A DNA stretch of 64,000 nt, taken from NCBI GenBank assembly GCA_050273025.1, contig CP158635.1:5580001-5644000 (forward strand). The letters are read 5' to 3'. The position numbers and the translations under genes are program-made. This document shows positions 25,944-37,600 of this stretch, piece by piece. The stretch comes from Cenococcum geophilum. Taxonomy: Eukaryota. The notes beneath the pieces were generated by a model, which had not been told where the DNA came from, searched no databases, and saw only the letters and a program-made list of their open reading frames with translations. Position 1 is the stretch's first letter. The number at the start of each line of letters is the position of its first letter.

Positions 25944-28286
25944 AAACTAATTAGAGGTGCTTTATATATAGTAAGGAAGGATATTAGTCTATAAGGTATA
26001 CCTAGGAAGAATATAATAAGTCTAAAAAGAGATTTAACAGATAGATTAACTAGTTTATTTTAGACTATAAAGGAAAGGAAGTAGAAGAGTCTCTTAATAA
26101 ATTAATGGAAGCCCTTATAATTAATTTTAACTTAAATACTTAGGAATAGGAGACCTTAAAGATATTCTTAACTACTTTTAAACCTTTTACGGACAGCTAA
26201 GTCTTTAATATTACGACCATATTAGCCGACTGCTCCTTTATACACTTAATTACACCCAAAAACTGGCCCGTAAGTATACCTATTAGACCTATTATAGACG
26301 TTACGGACCGCAAACAGGACCTATTTGCATATATTACTACAAAACACTACACCCCTAAAGAATTCTATAGCGTTATAATTGATATAGGTACCTTTAAGAA
26401 GTCTACTATAGGTTACGGACAGTACCTTATATATAAGACCACCATAAATAATAATATGGATATTAATACTATATAAACTAGGGCTATAAACGTCTAATTC
26501 GGCATCGGCTTAACCACATTAATTAAATTAGTAGCAGTTAAGACCCTAATTAGCCTAGTTAACTTCTACGTAATAAAAGCGGACACCCCTTTTCTACTCT
26601 GTCTTACGGACATAGATAAGTTATAGGTTTACTATAATAATATTACGGACACCGTAATTAGCCCTATAACTGCCCTAGAAAGTAAGCATATTACCCTACT
26701 AATTATATAACGATTTGGACACCCGTTCCTTATATAGGGAGAAACTTTACGGACCTATATTTAGGAATCTTTTAACTATAACCCGTGCTACCTTACTAGT
26801 ACTAAAATCCACTAACTATACTACTATTTTAGCCACCTATTAGCCGAAAAGCTATATAGAGTCCTTAAACGCTCTAGACATAACGACGTTAATAGGAAGG
26901 TAATTAACCACCTAACCAAATACTACTCTTTTTACTAGAAATACGGACGTTCTCTAGGTAGATTTAAGTTTACCCTTTATAAGGACCTTAACTTTAACTA
27001 CTTAGTATACGTGGACATTATATACATTAACGGCAGTCTAATATTATATATAATTAATAAGGCAACCTACTATTAAGCCGCCCGTTAGTTATAAAATATA
27101 TCTATAAAATATACTTAGGACATTTTACGGACCTACTGGATTAATATATACCTTAGACCTCCTAAGTATATTACCTATAACGCTAGTAGGAACTTTATTA
27201 GCAAGGAATTCTAGCAGTATACTATAGCTATAGCTATATTAACAAAAGCTATTCTAGTTAAGGCGTATTAATCTGTTAGGCTTATTAAGTAAGCTTACCT
27301 AGCTTTATAGAGAGCTTACTAGATTATTATAGACGAATATAAGAATATTTAAAAGGAACTAGCTTTATAAATAGCCGTAAAAGCCATTAATAACACTATT
27401 AGCCCTAACGGACTAGTACCTACCCTTTTAGTCTACGGAGCCTACCTAAGGATAAGCAAACTGGACCTTTTTGCCCCGTCTATTATGGATTAAGCAGCTA
27501 TAATACAGAAGGTAATAGCCAAAATAGTTAAATTACGGGCTAAACAAACTGTTAATAACGCCCTATACTACTGTAACGGACCTAATATAACCCTAGTATA
27601 TAACCTCCCGCTTAATTCTAAAGTCCTTATATAGTGTAAAAGTGGTAATTAGACTAGACCTTACCGTTTACTAGCCGTAGAAGATGAGACCTACTATATA
27701 TAGCTCCCTAGCGGACTAATAAGCTTTAAAAGCACATCCGTAAAACCCTATTTTCGGTTTAAAAACACCTATAACGTTAAGCTAGACAAACTAGAAGCAC
27801 TTACTAAATTAGATAAACTAGAAGCACCTACCAAATTAAATAAACTAGAAGTACCCTTACCTACCCTAAAGGTCCCCTAGAAACCTACTAAACCTACTAA
27901 ACCTACCGTAAAGCGTGGCCAAGAACACCCCCGTAAGAACCCTGTAATGGAGAATTACCTAACCTCTATAGGTATATCCGTAAAGCAATCTCCGCCTATA
28001 GATATATTAGTTCTAGTATAGGAAACCCCTTTTACGGACTTACGACGCAAAGAGATTAACGGACTACTTAAAAAGGGCGTTTTTACGGTTATAATGGAGA
28101 GAGAGGTTCTGCAAGGCGTCCGTATATTTAACTCGCGCTTCGTTAATGAAATTAAGCACCCTAGTACTAATAAAGCCTTTAAAAAGTCAAGGCTCGTCAT
28201 ATAAGCTTATAATGACTAGGGAAAGGACTTAGTCCTTACGCAATCGCCTACGATCTAACGAGTTAGCCAACGGATTATACTTGTAC

Positions 28287-28903
28287 CAGTGCTTTTATCC
28301 ATATTCGATATTGTTTAACATTTACTAAATATTGAATATTTACATTCAATATTCAATCTCAATACAATATGTTCAATACTGAAAGTTATTAAATATTGAC
28401 GATTTTAGAGTTAAGGTGGGTAAAATAAGGTGTAAATGCCTTGGTAAATGACTTTGGCCTTTAAGTAATACATATATATTTCAAATTTATTAGGTAAATA
28501 TATATAAAGTTAAAATATATAAATATTAAACTTAATTTTACAGAATATTGTATACTAAGTGCTTAAAAGGGTGGCTGCTTAGTAATATTATAGCCGAGGG
28601 AAGGCTTAAAGCGGCAAGTGTAGTAGCCAAAGGAGAGCCTAATAAGCCACCACCAAATACGTTAAGCCAAAGATCGCGAAGTTGACGATAGCGGTGAGAG
28701 CGGAGGTGAGAGTGAAGGTAAGAGCTGTTGTATTTTAGAGCTCTACCAAAGCCTAGAGCCGTACGGAGCTTAATTACTATATTAAGGCTCTATACATACG
28801 CAATCCAGATTTAATATTTAGTAATCTATTTAATAACAAAATCGTCTTTAATATCAACTTCAATATGGTCCTATATTGATGTTAAATACTAATAAAAGTA
28901 CTA
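28287..28903. mobile_element. Non-autonomous hAT element (617 bp) in the RT of copia A
   Basis: 8-bp TSD ACTTGTAC (28279-28286 / 28904-28911). TIR CAGTGCTTTTAT / ATAAAAGTACTA. Clustered subterminal AATATTGA/TCAATA motifs. Absent from copia B at the homologous site (~21610). Confidence 0.88.
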
Positions 28904-31217
28904 ACTTGTACTTACGCCCGGCCTATAGCAAAGTAAACCCATAGCTCTTTACCTATGGGACATCTTATAAGCCTATATATAATCCAATACCTACCTAAGT
29001 AGGGATATCTTTATACGACTACCGCTTAAGCTTAATTTGCAACTAGGAACAATTTTATAGGTTATAAAACTACTTTACGGAGTGCCAGAAGCTGGAAACC
29101 ATTAGTTTAAGACGTATTACTAGTATTACGTCCATAAACTTAAGATGGAGCAGTTAACCTATAACCCTTGCCTCCTATATACCCTATTAAACGGCCTTAG
29201 TATTATTAGGCTCCAAATAGACAATACTCTCTTTTTAGCAAACTAGACTTTTGCGGATATAGAGGAGACTAAACTATAAGAAGCTAAGTTCCTAGTAAAG
29301 CTATAAAAGTAGTTAACTAAGCAGACTCTAATTAAGTTTAATAGAGGCTTAATTATATAAAAGGGTAACTTAATCTAGCTAACCTAGGAACGCTAAGCTT
29401 AAAACCTAAAGCTTATTATAGTAAAGCCTATAGACCTTACCAGTTCCCGTAAAGAGACCTATAAAACCGTAAATATAAAGGACTAATACGCTGCACAGCG
29501 TATAAGAGGCGCCTATATTGCTATAATCTACTAACCTAAATCTGCCTATAACTTATCCTTTGCGGCCTAGGTAATAGATCTATAAAAAGAAAATATTAAG
29601 TAGCTTAATAAGCGCATTTAATAGCAGATTAATAATATAATAAGAGGATTTACTTTTATACCGCTAGACCTAAATTCTATTAGCGTAATGGTATTTATAA
29701 ACGCCTTCTTCGCTAATAATAGGGACCTATTATTGCAAATTGGCTTTATAATTATACTTACGGACTATAATTAAGACGTAAATATACTATATTGGTCTTT
29801 AATTAAATGTAAATAAGTAACCCGCAGTGTACTAGCTTCTAAACTATATATACTAGCCTATAGCTTTAATATAGCAGCTGTAATTAAATTAACGATCCAG
29901 AAGATCCTATAATTAGAGTAGCTACCCCTAGTTTTATATACCAATTTAAAGTCCCTTTATAACTGCCTAGTTAAACTAGGTATAATATAAGAGAAGAGGC
30001 TTATAGTCGACCTAATGTGCTTATATTAGGCCTATAAACGATATAAGATTACGGAGGTTAAATAGATTAGCAGCGAAAACAACCTAGTAGACGCCATGAC
30101 TAAGGCAAAGCCGTGTTAAGCTTTAAAAACCCTAATTAATACGAATAAGCTTAACCTAAAGGTTATAAAATAGGTGGAATAAGACTAACGGAGCACCTAC
30201 GGTCTATTTACGGCCTGTTGGAAGGCCGTATAGTTTATTTACGGCCCGTTAGAAGGCCGTATAGCTTATTTTACGGACTATAAGTAGGACTTACGGCCGA
30301 CCTAGAGCACCGTTTAGAAGGCAGGCCAGAGGGCACCTCGGGAGGGATTTTCTATATATTTTCTTACGTGTTTTACGGTTCTATTAAGGCAATTACGGAG
30401 GCTATATATAAGTGGTTTTATTTTTCAAGTACCGTTAGTGTATAATTATAGCACTTATTATACTAACCGCGTGCTTACGCGTTTGGTATATTAACCACGC
30501 GTTTACGCGTTTAGTGCACTAACCACCCACTTATACGTCTAGTGCACTTCTAAAGCACTAACTAATTAAGGGGGAGGCGCATTAGTATATAAACTACGTA
30601 GTCTGCTTTATACAATTAACAGTTACCACTATCCCAAAGAGTATACGATACTATACGTATTTCGTGCCCTGGGATATAACTCACTTATACTATTAAGTTG
30701 GTACAAACACTAATATAATACTTTTTATAAGTACTATTAACGACGGTAAGTTCTATAATCTAACTTTAAGGCTTAAACTCTAATAATGTTATATATTACT
30801 AAGTTGCTAAACTAGAATTACTATATAAAAATACCCTTCCCTTACTACTAGCGGCGCTAGATAAACTTAGAACGTCTTTAGTAATATAGTTAAGAAGTTA
30901 TTACCTATTCCTACCTCTATATTCTAGTACAATTACTATATAGGCGGCGTGGATATTGCGGTAATTACGCTTATATTTTACAATATAGAGAATCAATAAA
31001 TAAACCTAGAAGCCTCTATAGCACTTCTTTCTTAATATAATAATTGGTAATTGCTTTCCACCATCCCCCTATAAGCCTATTAATTATTAAGCAAGCCGTA
31101 AGGACGGCTATAAGTAATTTCAAATTAGCTTACGCAATGCCTTATTTAAATATTTAATTTATAAGCGAAAGTCGTATATATAAGAATACCCTTTTTAACG
31201 CTCTATAAAGTAGATTA

Positions 31218-31366
31218 TCCTTAACCCGCTGCTTCGGGTGCAGTGTTATCGATAAGGCCTGACCAATAGGAGGCTCTTGTTTCAATCTCCATGATAAAAA
31301 CTTTACACGGTGTTCCTGCACGGCCCTGAAACCGGCCTAAGCATTGCACCTCAGCGGGTTAAGGGA
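31218..31366. mobile_element. MITE with TCC(C)TTAACCCG termini, TA-flanked, inserted in the piggyBac relic
   Basis: TA-TCCTTAACCCGCTG ... CAGCGGGTTAAGGGA-TA. unRIPed GC-rich island in RIPed DNA. Related to 43082-43221. Confidence 0.75.
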
Positions 31367-32205
31367 TAGATTTCTATAGAACAGTATAAGCTCATTAAGA
31401 TATTAAGTAAGCCTACTGTTTAGCTTATATAGAGGCCGGTAGGAACTCTTAGGTTAAATATAGAGGATTAAGGAAGCCTCTATTAAGTCTATTAGTAAAT
31501 ACTATAAGAAAGCCTCGTAATAGTGGCGATTAGAAGAGGCCTAAACGTGCTCTAAGGACTCTATATAGCTGTAGTAAATGTAAAATACCGTTCTACAATA
31601 AGGACGAGTGTTAGCTACCCCATATTGAGCAACTCAACTCTAAAGACTAAGCTTATATATCAAAATACACTAAAATCAAAGGCTTCGGATATCTGAGTAC
31701 GGGCTCCAAATTTAGCTCACCTGATTGATGCGCACGGGCCATCTTCTCGTTGGACGTAAATTGACAGGTAAAGGGATAATCATTGGAATAAAAAAAGATT
31801 TTTTTTTTTTGGGTTACTTGCATTTGCAGGAAGTAATGGTTCATCCCTATGTCTCGATAAGAGCGAGCAGCTTAAAGTAGCAGAAGCTCGCTTCGCATCT
31901 TTATTAACCTTAGGGTGCGGTTGCGCAGCACTCCAGTTGCAAAGCCAAAAGGGAAAGGGCTTTTCTATAACTAAATACAATTAGTACGGGGCCCTTTGCA
32001 AAGAGCATTAGGCAAGAAACACTGAGGTAAATTTCTTTTCTTTCTTGTTTCTTTTCATTTTGGGATACATTCTACTTATTTTCCGTCTTTCCAGCGGCAC
32101 AAGCGGCACCAGATTATACATCTGCCTTACGTTTCAGCACAGACGTATCACATTTGGCCTGGCCCGACCTCTAATACAGGTAACATGCGGAACGTTAATC
32201 CCCCA

Positions 32206-32537
32206 ACGTAAATTTTAACCCAAGTTTATAAGTAATAAGCCAATCAATTTTAGAGCTTTATTATATAGACTTTAATTAATATATATAGAGATAAGGTTTT
32301 CTAGGGGGAGACCCCCTAGGACCCCCCTATATAGAGCTTTTGCTTAATTTAGAAGTAGTAGTAAGATTAAGGCGTCTTGGTTACTGCTAGGTAAGGATCT
32401 ACTATAGTGACCAAGGCGCCCTACTTAAGCTAGGCTTAAGGATTATATTAATTACAAATCTAGTATATATTTGGACTGCAGAGCTTTAATATAAAGCCCT
32501 CTACGTAGGATCTAATATAGTGGGTACATATTTACGT
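32206..32537. mobile_element. Putative MITE with ACGTAAAT termini
   Basis: ACGTAAATTTTAACCCA (32206) is an imperfect inverted repeat of TGGGTACATATTTACGT (ends 32537). Flanks CCCCA/TCCCA. Internal hairpin CTAGGGGG-AGA-CCCCCTAG ~32301-32319. Confidence 0.45.
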
Positions 32538-32584
32538 TCCCAAATATCGTCACGTAATACAATTTTTGGGTAACGAAAACCGCC

Positions 32585-33571
32585 GTTAATATTGCTCAAC
32601 TGACACCTACTAAAGGTTCCTCCGTCCTTCCTATCTCCTCTTTCACCCGTCTCCTCGTCCGATGCTATCTATATCGCTATATCAACCAATAAATCCCTTA
32701 GTGGAGACTAGGGAGGGGTATTAGAGCGCCTCTAGATCTTATAAGGAAGAAGAAAGAAGAGAGAAAGGTATAAAAGAGGGAGTATTTATAAATAGGAGGA
32801 GGCCTACGAACAGGAGATTAGGCAGCTATAATATAGATATTAACGTTGCTCGACTAACACTTACCAGACACCCCTCCGTCCTTCCTATCTCCTCTTTCAC
32901 CCATCTCCTTATTAGATGCTATTTATATCGCCACATTAACCAATAAATCCCTTAGTGGGGACTAGGGAGGGGTATTAGAGCACCTCTAGCTCTTATAAGG
33001 AAGAAGAAAGAAGAAGAGAGGAAGGTATAGAAGAGGGAGTATTTATAGACGGGAGGAGGCCTATAAATGGGAGATTAGGCAGCCATAATATAGACATTAA
33101 CATTACTTAACTGACACCTACTAGACGCCCCTCTATTCTTCCTATCTCCTCTCTTACCTATCTCCTCATTAGATGCTGTCTATATCGCCATATCGACTAA
33201 TAGATCCCTTAGTGGGGACTAAGGAGGAGTATTAGAGCACCTCTAGCTCTTATAAGGAAGAAAAAAAGAAGAGAGGAAGGTATAAAGGAGGGAGTATTTA
33301 TAGACGGGAGGAGGCCTACGAATAGGAGATTAGGCAGCTATAATATAGACGTTAACGTTGCTCGGCTAACACCTACCAGACGCCCCTCCGTCCTTCCTAT
33401 CTCCTCTCTCACCCGTCTCCTCGTTAGATGCTATCTATATCGCCACATTAACCAATAAACCCCTTAGTGGAGACTAGGGAGGAGTATTAGAGCACCTCTA
33501 GCTCTTATAAGGAAGAAGAAAAGAAGAGAGGAAGGTATAGAGAAGGGAGTATTTATAGATGGGAGGAGGCC
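32585..33571. repeat. Tandem satellite, ~255-bp unit, ~3.9 copies
   Basis: Units start ~32586, 32839, 33096 and 33351 (RTTAAYRTTGCTC...). Each has a pyrimidine-rich half followed by a purine-rich half. Confidence 0.93.
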
Positions 33572-33699
33572 CTATAAGTATGTGATTTGGTAAGTACTAA
33601 TAAGCATAAGATTCTCGTACAAGATAGGCTTAATTACTTACCAAAATACAGGGTATCTCTGTCACTGCAGTAGCTACTACAGTAGTAGAGACGCCTCAA

Positions 33700-34170
33700 A
33701 TATTTAATATAACTAACTACTGAGGCTGTTAATAAGTAAAAGGTAGGCTACTAATATGGTGCGAACGATATAGTTATTAATATCATTTATAGCCTGTTTT
33801 TGCTTCTAGTATACGCGTAGATCGTCCTTATATTCGGCATAGAGCTAGTTATAGGCAGTAAGCTAATTTAGGTCTAGCTTTGCTATCAATATAACCGTAG
33901 GTAGTATGTTCCTTAGTATGGGCCGACTTAGTAGTTCTAGCTTAGAAGATCGTCTTTCTTCTTAAATAGGTCGATATACTGCTATACCTCGTTAGTTTTG
34001 GCTATATCTTAGATAATAAAGAACTATTAAATCCAATTAGATAGCTTATTAAGGATAAGGTTAATTTTTAATTTAGTAGAGGTTATTATTTTTAAAATTT
34101 AATAGGTTAGGAAGGGTCTAGGTTAGGGTCCAACTAGCGTCTTAGCAGAACCTTATTTAGATATTCCAAA
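33700..34170 (-). pseudogene. Truncated Ty1/copia-type gag fragment
   Basis: RIP-corrected reading IL..SN.W..W.FII.D.AKTNEVWQYIDP...LP.LEP..RP.P...YNQLYAEYKDDLRVYQKQKQAINDI, resembling fungal copia gag N-termini. A TGTTG LTR-like start lies at 34430 on the minus strand. Confidence 0.5.
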
Positions 34171-34699
34171 CTTTTAATTTAATTTATTAGTTCATTTATT
34201 AGTCAGATTTTGTTATAGGGAGCGCGATTAATAACCCCTACTAACAGCTCTAACCACGTCTAATTTTTAATTTATAAATCGGCAGATCTATAGGTAATAG
34301 TTATTTTAAATAGCTCTAGGTGCGGTATATATAAAATCTTAACTATAGTATAGAGAAGTCATAGCTACTAATATGCGGTCCTAAGTAGCATGTATTCTCG
34401 GAGGTTACGTAACTCCTTATATAAGCAACATTTCCGCCCTTCTAAAAAAAATTAAAAATTCCAAAAATTGATTAACGCTATAGACAGCAGCAATATTAAT
34501 CCGGTAATACTGCCAATTCTCTCTATATACCATTATATGTATATCTAATAGCTCTAAAAGCGGTAAGAAGGTAGAACGGATAGGGGGGTTAAAATTTAGA
34601 AAATTGGATTTCGCGGTTAAGCTATTTAAAAGTCAGGAAACTAAGATAAATGCTATATTCTTTGCTTACCTCCAAGCCAGTATATAATTTCCTAATTAG

Positions 34700-37600
34700 G
34701 AAAAGTTGTTTACAAGTAGTTACTACTACCTCCGTATAAAATCTTCTTATTATACCTCTTTAGTCTTACTTATAGATAACTAAAATCGTTCTATATCGAA
34801 CCTATGTTCAAACATAAGCCCTAAAAGCTTCTTAACTCGTAAGATTGCTACATAGGTTAGCCTAGCTATCTTATTCTTTTCCTTAATATCTAGAACCACC
34901 CAGTTAAGTATTAGGCCCTGGCTTTTATATACAGTAAGAGCAAAAGCTAGAGTAATTGGAAATTGACGCCATAAGCAAGAGCCTCTTATACCCTCCTACT
35001 TATAAAGCATAGAAAATATAGGGACGACTTTCTTACTATCCTACCGAGTAAATAGGGCAGGTCCGTTATACCCATCTACCGTAATTAGTAGTAACTAAGG
35101 CTAATCCTTTTTAATATCCGCGTATCCCTTTTATATAATATCTTTAACTATACTAGTAGTACCGTTTACTAAGCCTAGTTTAACCTAGATATTCTATATT
35201 AGTATTACTTTCGCGCCAATATATAGGGCTAGATTCTCTATAGTATCGCACTAATTAGGAGTAACTTTCCGCATACCTATACTAGTGTTAACTAACTTAA
35301 TAGCCACTACTAGCTATAAAAGGTTGCGAAGCCGAATAGCGTTATACTTACCTATAGTAGCGCGTGTGCTATATAGCCGAATTATATTATTAAAGCCCGC
35401 AACTTTATTAGTAGATAGGCCCTACTTATACCTAGTTAAAAGAAGCTTCTAGGTTAAATTACTTACAGAATCACTATATAGCTCTATAAGGGCGGTCCTA
35501 AATATAGAGCTCTTAGCGTTATCATTACCCTACCACATAACTTAATCTAGGACAGCTGTTCGGTCAATCGCCTTATAGGCTCCCTTTCTATAGCTAGTAA
35601 GCTCTGACGGCCTAGCGGGTAGATTACTATATAAGGCCGCCTAACCTATAGGGGGAAGCTAATAGAAATCGCCTACTAGCAAGATGTTTAAGCCTTTAAA
35701 GTAGTTATTATTATATATAGGGTAAATCTAACGGAGGCGGTAATCAATCCAGGCTAAATATACTTGCCCAATTATAGATTTCTTATCAAGGATAAGATAG
35801 TAAATATCCTTAAAAGCTTATTATAGAGGCGTAAGACTAGTAGCAGGCAATTTCTTAAACGGATAATTTACCGGCAACCTTAATAGATTGTATATAGTTC
35901 TGCCGTTAATACTAAAGGTAGCTACCCTAGTAGGGGTAGCTTAAGCTAATAGTAATAGCTTACTATTAGCCCTTGCCATATTACAGAGCGTAGTAGAGAG
36001 AATAGCAATAAGATGCGATTTACCAGTTCCTGCCTCTCTATTAACGTTAATCCGCAGTAGGGGGGGGCTAAGGCCCGCTTAGATCTGCCTATAGTAATTA
36101 ACTACAACATTATAAATATAACGCTAACCTAGTTATAAGGAGGACAGAGTTACTATTTAGGATAGGCGGCTCTATAGTAGAGGCTATAGCCATACTTCCT
36201 ACTAATAAGTCCTCTTATTAAGCTACGGGTACGTACCCTAATATATACTCCAGTTGTAGTTATAATTAAGCTCCCTATTACCAAGCCTATCAGGATCCTT
36301 AATTTCAACTCTATTGGTATTTTAAACGCGGGCATATAGGGCCTTAAAGGACTAGTATAGCTCTAAGTCGTTTACAAAATCGCCCTTAAACTTATTAATA
36401 TTATTAGTAGTTTTATAACCTTCCTCTAGTTTCTAATTATAGAAGTAGTTAGGTAGGTACTAATAAGAGTTAATACAAGCCTAATAGGAAGCCATATAAT
36501 CAGGGGCCCTAAATCTATTAGTATAAATAGCTACTTCCTTATACTCCCTCTACGGGTAATAAAGAATAAGCTTTACACGGCAGAACTTAGAATACTACAG
36601 ATGGGAACAATCGCCGTTATATCGCGGAAAGTATAATATAACTTAAGGCCTTACTCTTAGCCAACGCTTATAAATAGAGTAATTAAAATGGAGTAGAAAA
36701 TTAAGGAAAGTAATATCCTCTACCCTATCTGGGCGGCGCTTATATTTCTTATAGTCGGACAGTCCGTACCCTCTTAGTTACCTATTATTAAGCTTATATA
36801 TAGCGCTTTAATCGTCCTCCTAGCGGTAGTTTAAAGTTACTATATTTCTAAAGCCTTTATAAAGGGGAATATCAAGAAGTAGATAGTATACCTCCTGCAC
36901 TAACTAATCGCGTTTAGTAATAAGCTTATTTATAAACCTAGCCACAACCAAACTAAAGGCATAAAGGCTATTGGCATGCGGCTGTACTAATTAGAGTAAC
37001 TCCTAGTAGGAAGTCAACTTCTTCTCTTCCTTACTGCAATACTTGCCTATATAGTTAACTATTACTAATACGCTTATAGCAGGTAATGTATTAATATTCG
37101 CCATCCACGCTAATATTATAGCTGCATTATAACCATTAAGAAGCTCATTATTACACTGCGGACAAAACGTCTAGTAATATAGATTTTAATCCTTTAATAT
37201 AGCGGCCTTATTGCGGAGAGACCGTAGAAAATAGAAGCGGCACTCCTTTACTCCAGTAGAGCCTTTCTTTAATCTTAAGCAGTAAGATTCAGTACAATTA
37301 TAGTACCGTTAAAATCGATTAAGGTAGGCAGTAAGAAGCTCACTAGTATTAAGCTATTCTTTATAGCTAAGAGTAGAAGGATATTAGAGATCGGGAGGCC
37401 TAGATTAATTAGGATTAATTATAGATATAAAAGTAGCCTAGTACTTAGCAAAAGCCGCCCTTAATTTAATAGCTAACAGATCTAGCTTTAGGGCTATTAA
37501 ACTCTATAAGAAGCTATATATATAGCCGCTACCTTATACTTACCACTCATATTAGGACTAAAAGTCAGTGCTATTAAATAGGCCTATAAGCATGTGCTTC

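Larger units (their letters stand above)
17854..30709 (+). mobile_element. Ty1/copia LTR retrotransposon (copia A, GalEa-type motifs), RIPed, host of two insertions
   Basis: 271-bp LTRs 17854-18124 and 30439-30709; TSD CTAAT (17849-17853 / 30710-30714). Order gag-PR-IN-RT-RH. Motifs DISQAY ~28960, KPLYGVPEAGNHW ~29068, LQTDDT ~29211, FTDASFANN ~29694, VTRSVLASELY ~29817, EKRLMVDL ~29991, NP.DAMTK ~30079. Confidence 0.95.
17420..31650 (+). pseudogene. piggyBac transposase (5'-truncated, RIPed), split by the copia nest
   Basis: WLDNLFVSVKLL..LRGLGIG..GTV (~17555-17635). FAWKDANVVLFMST is restored across the copia TSD (17833-17853 + 30715-30740). YNY.MGGVDIA (~30930-30960). C-terminal Cys-rich domain RTLYGCSKCEIPFC...C ends at TAA 31650. 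Possible right terminus at TTAA 32195-32198. Confidence 0.85.

Noticed and set aside
32585..33571. CRISPR-like array
   Set aside because: Whole units repeat with no unique spacers; eukaryotic context; no cas genes.
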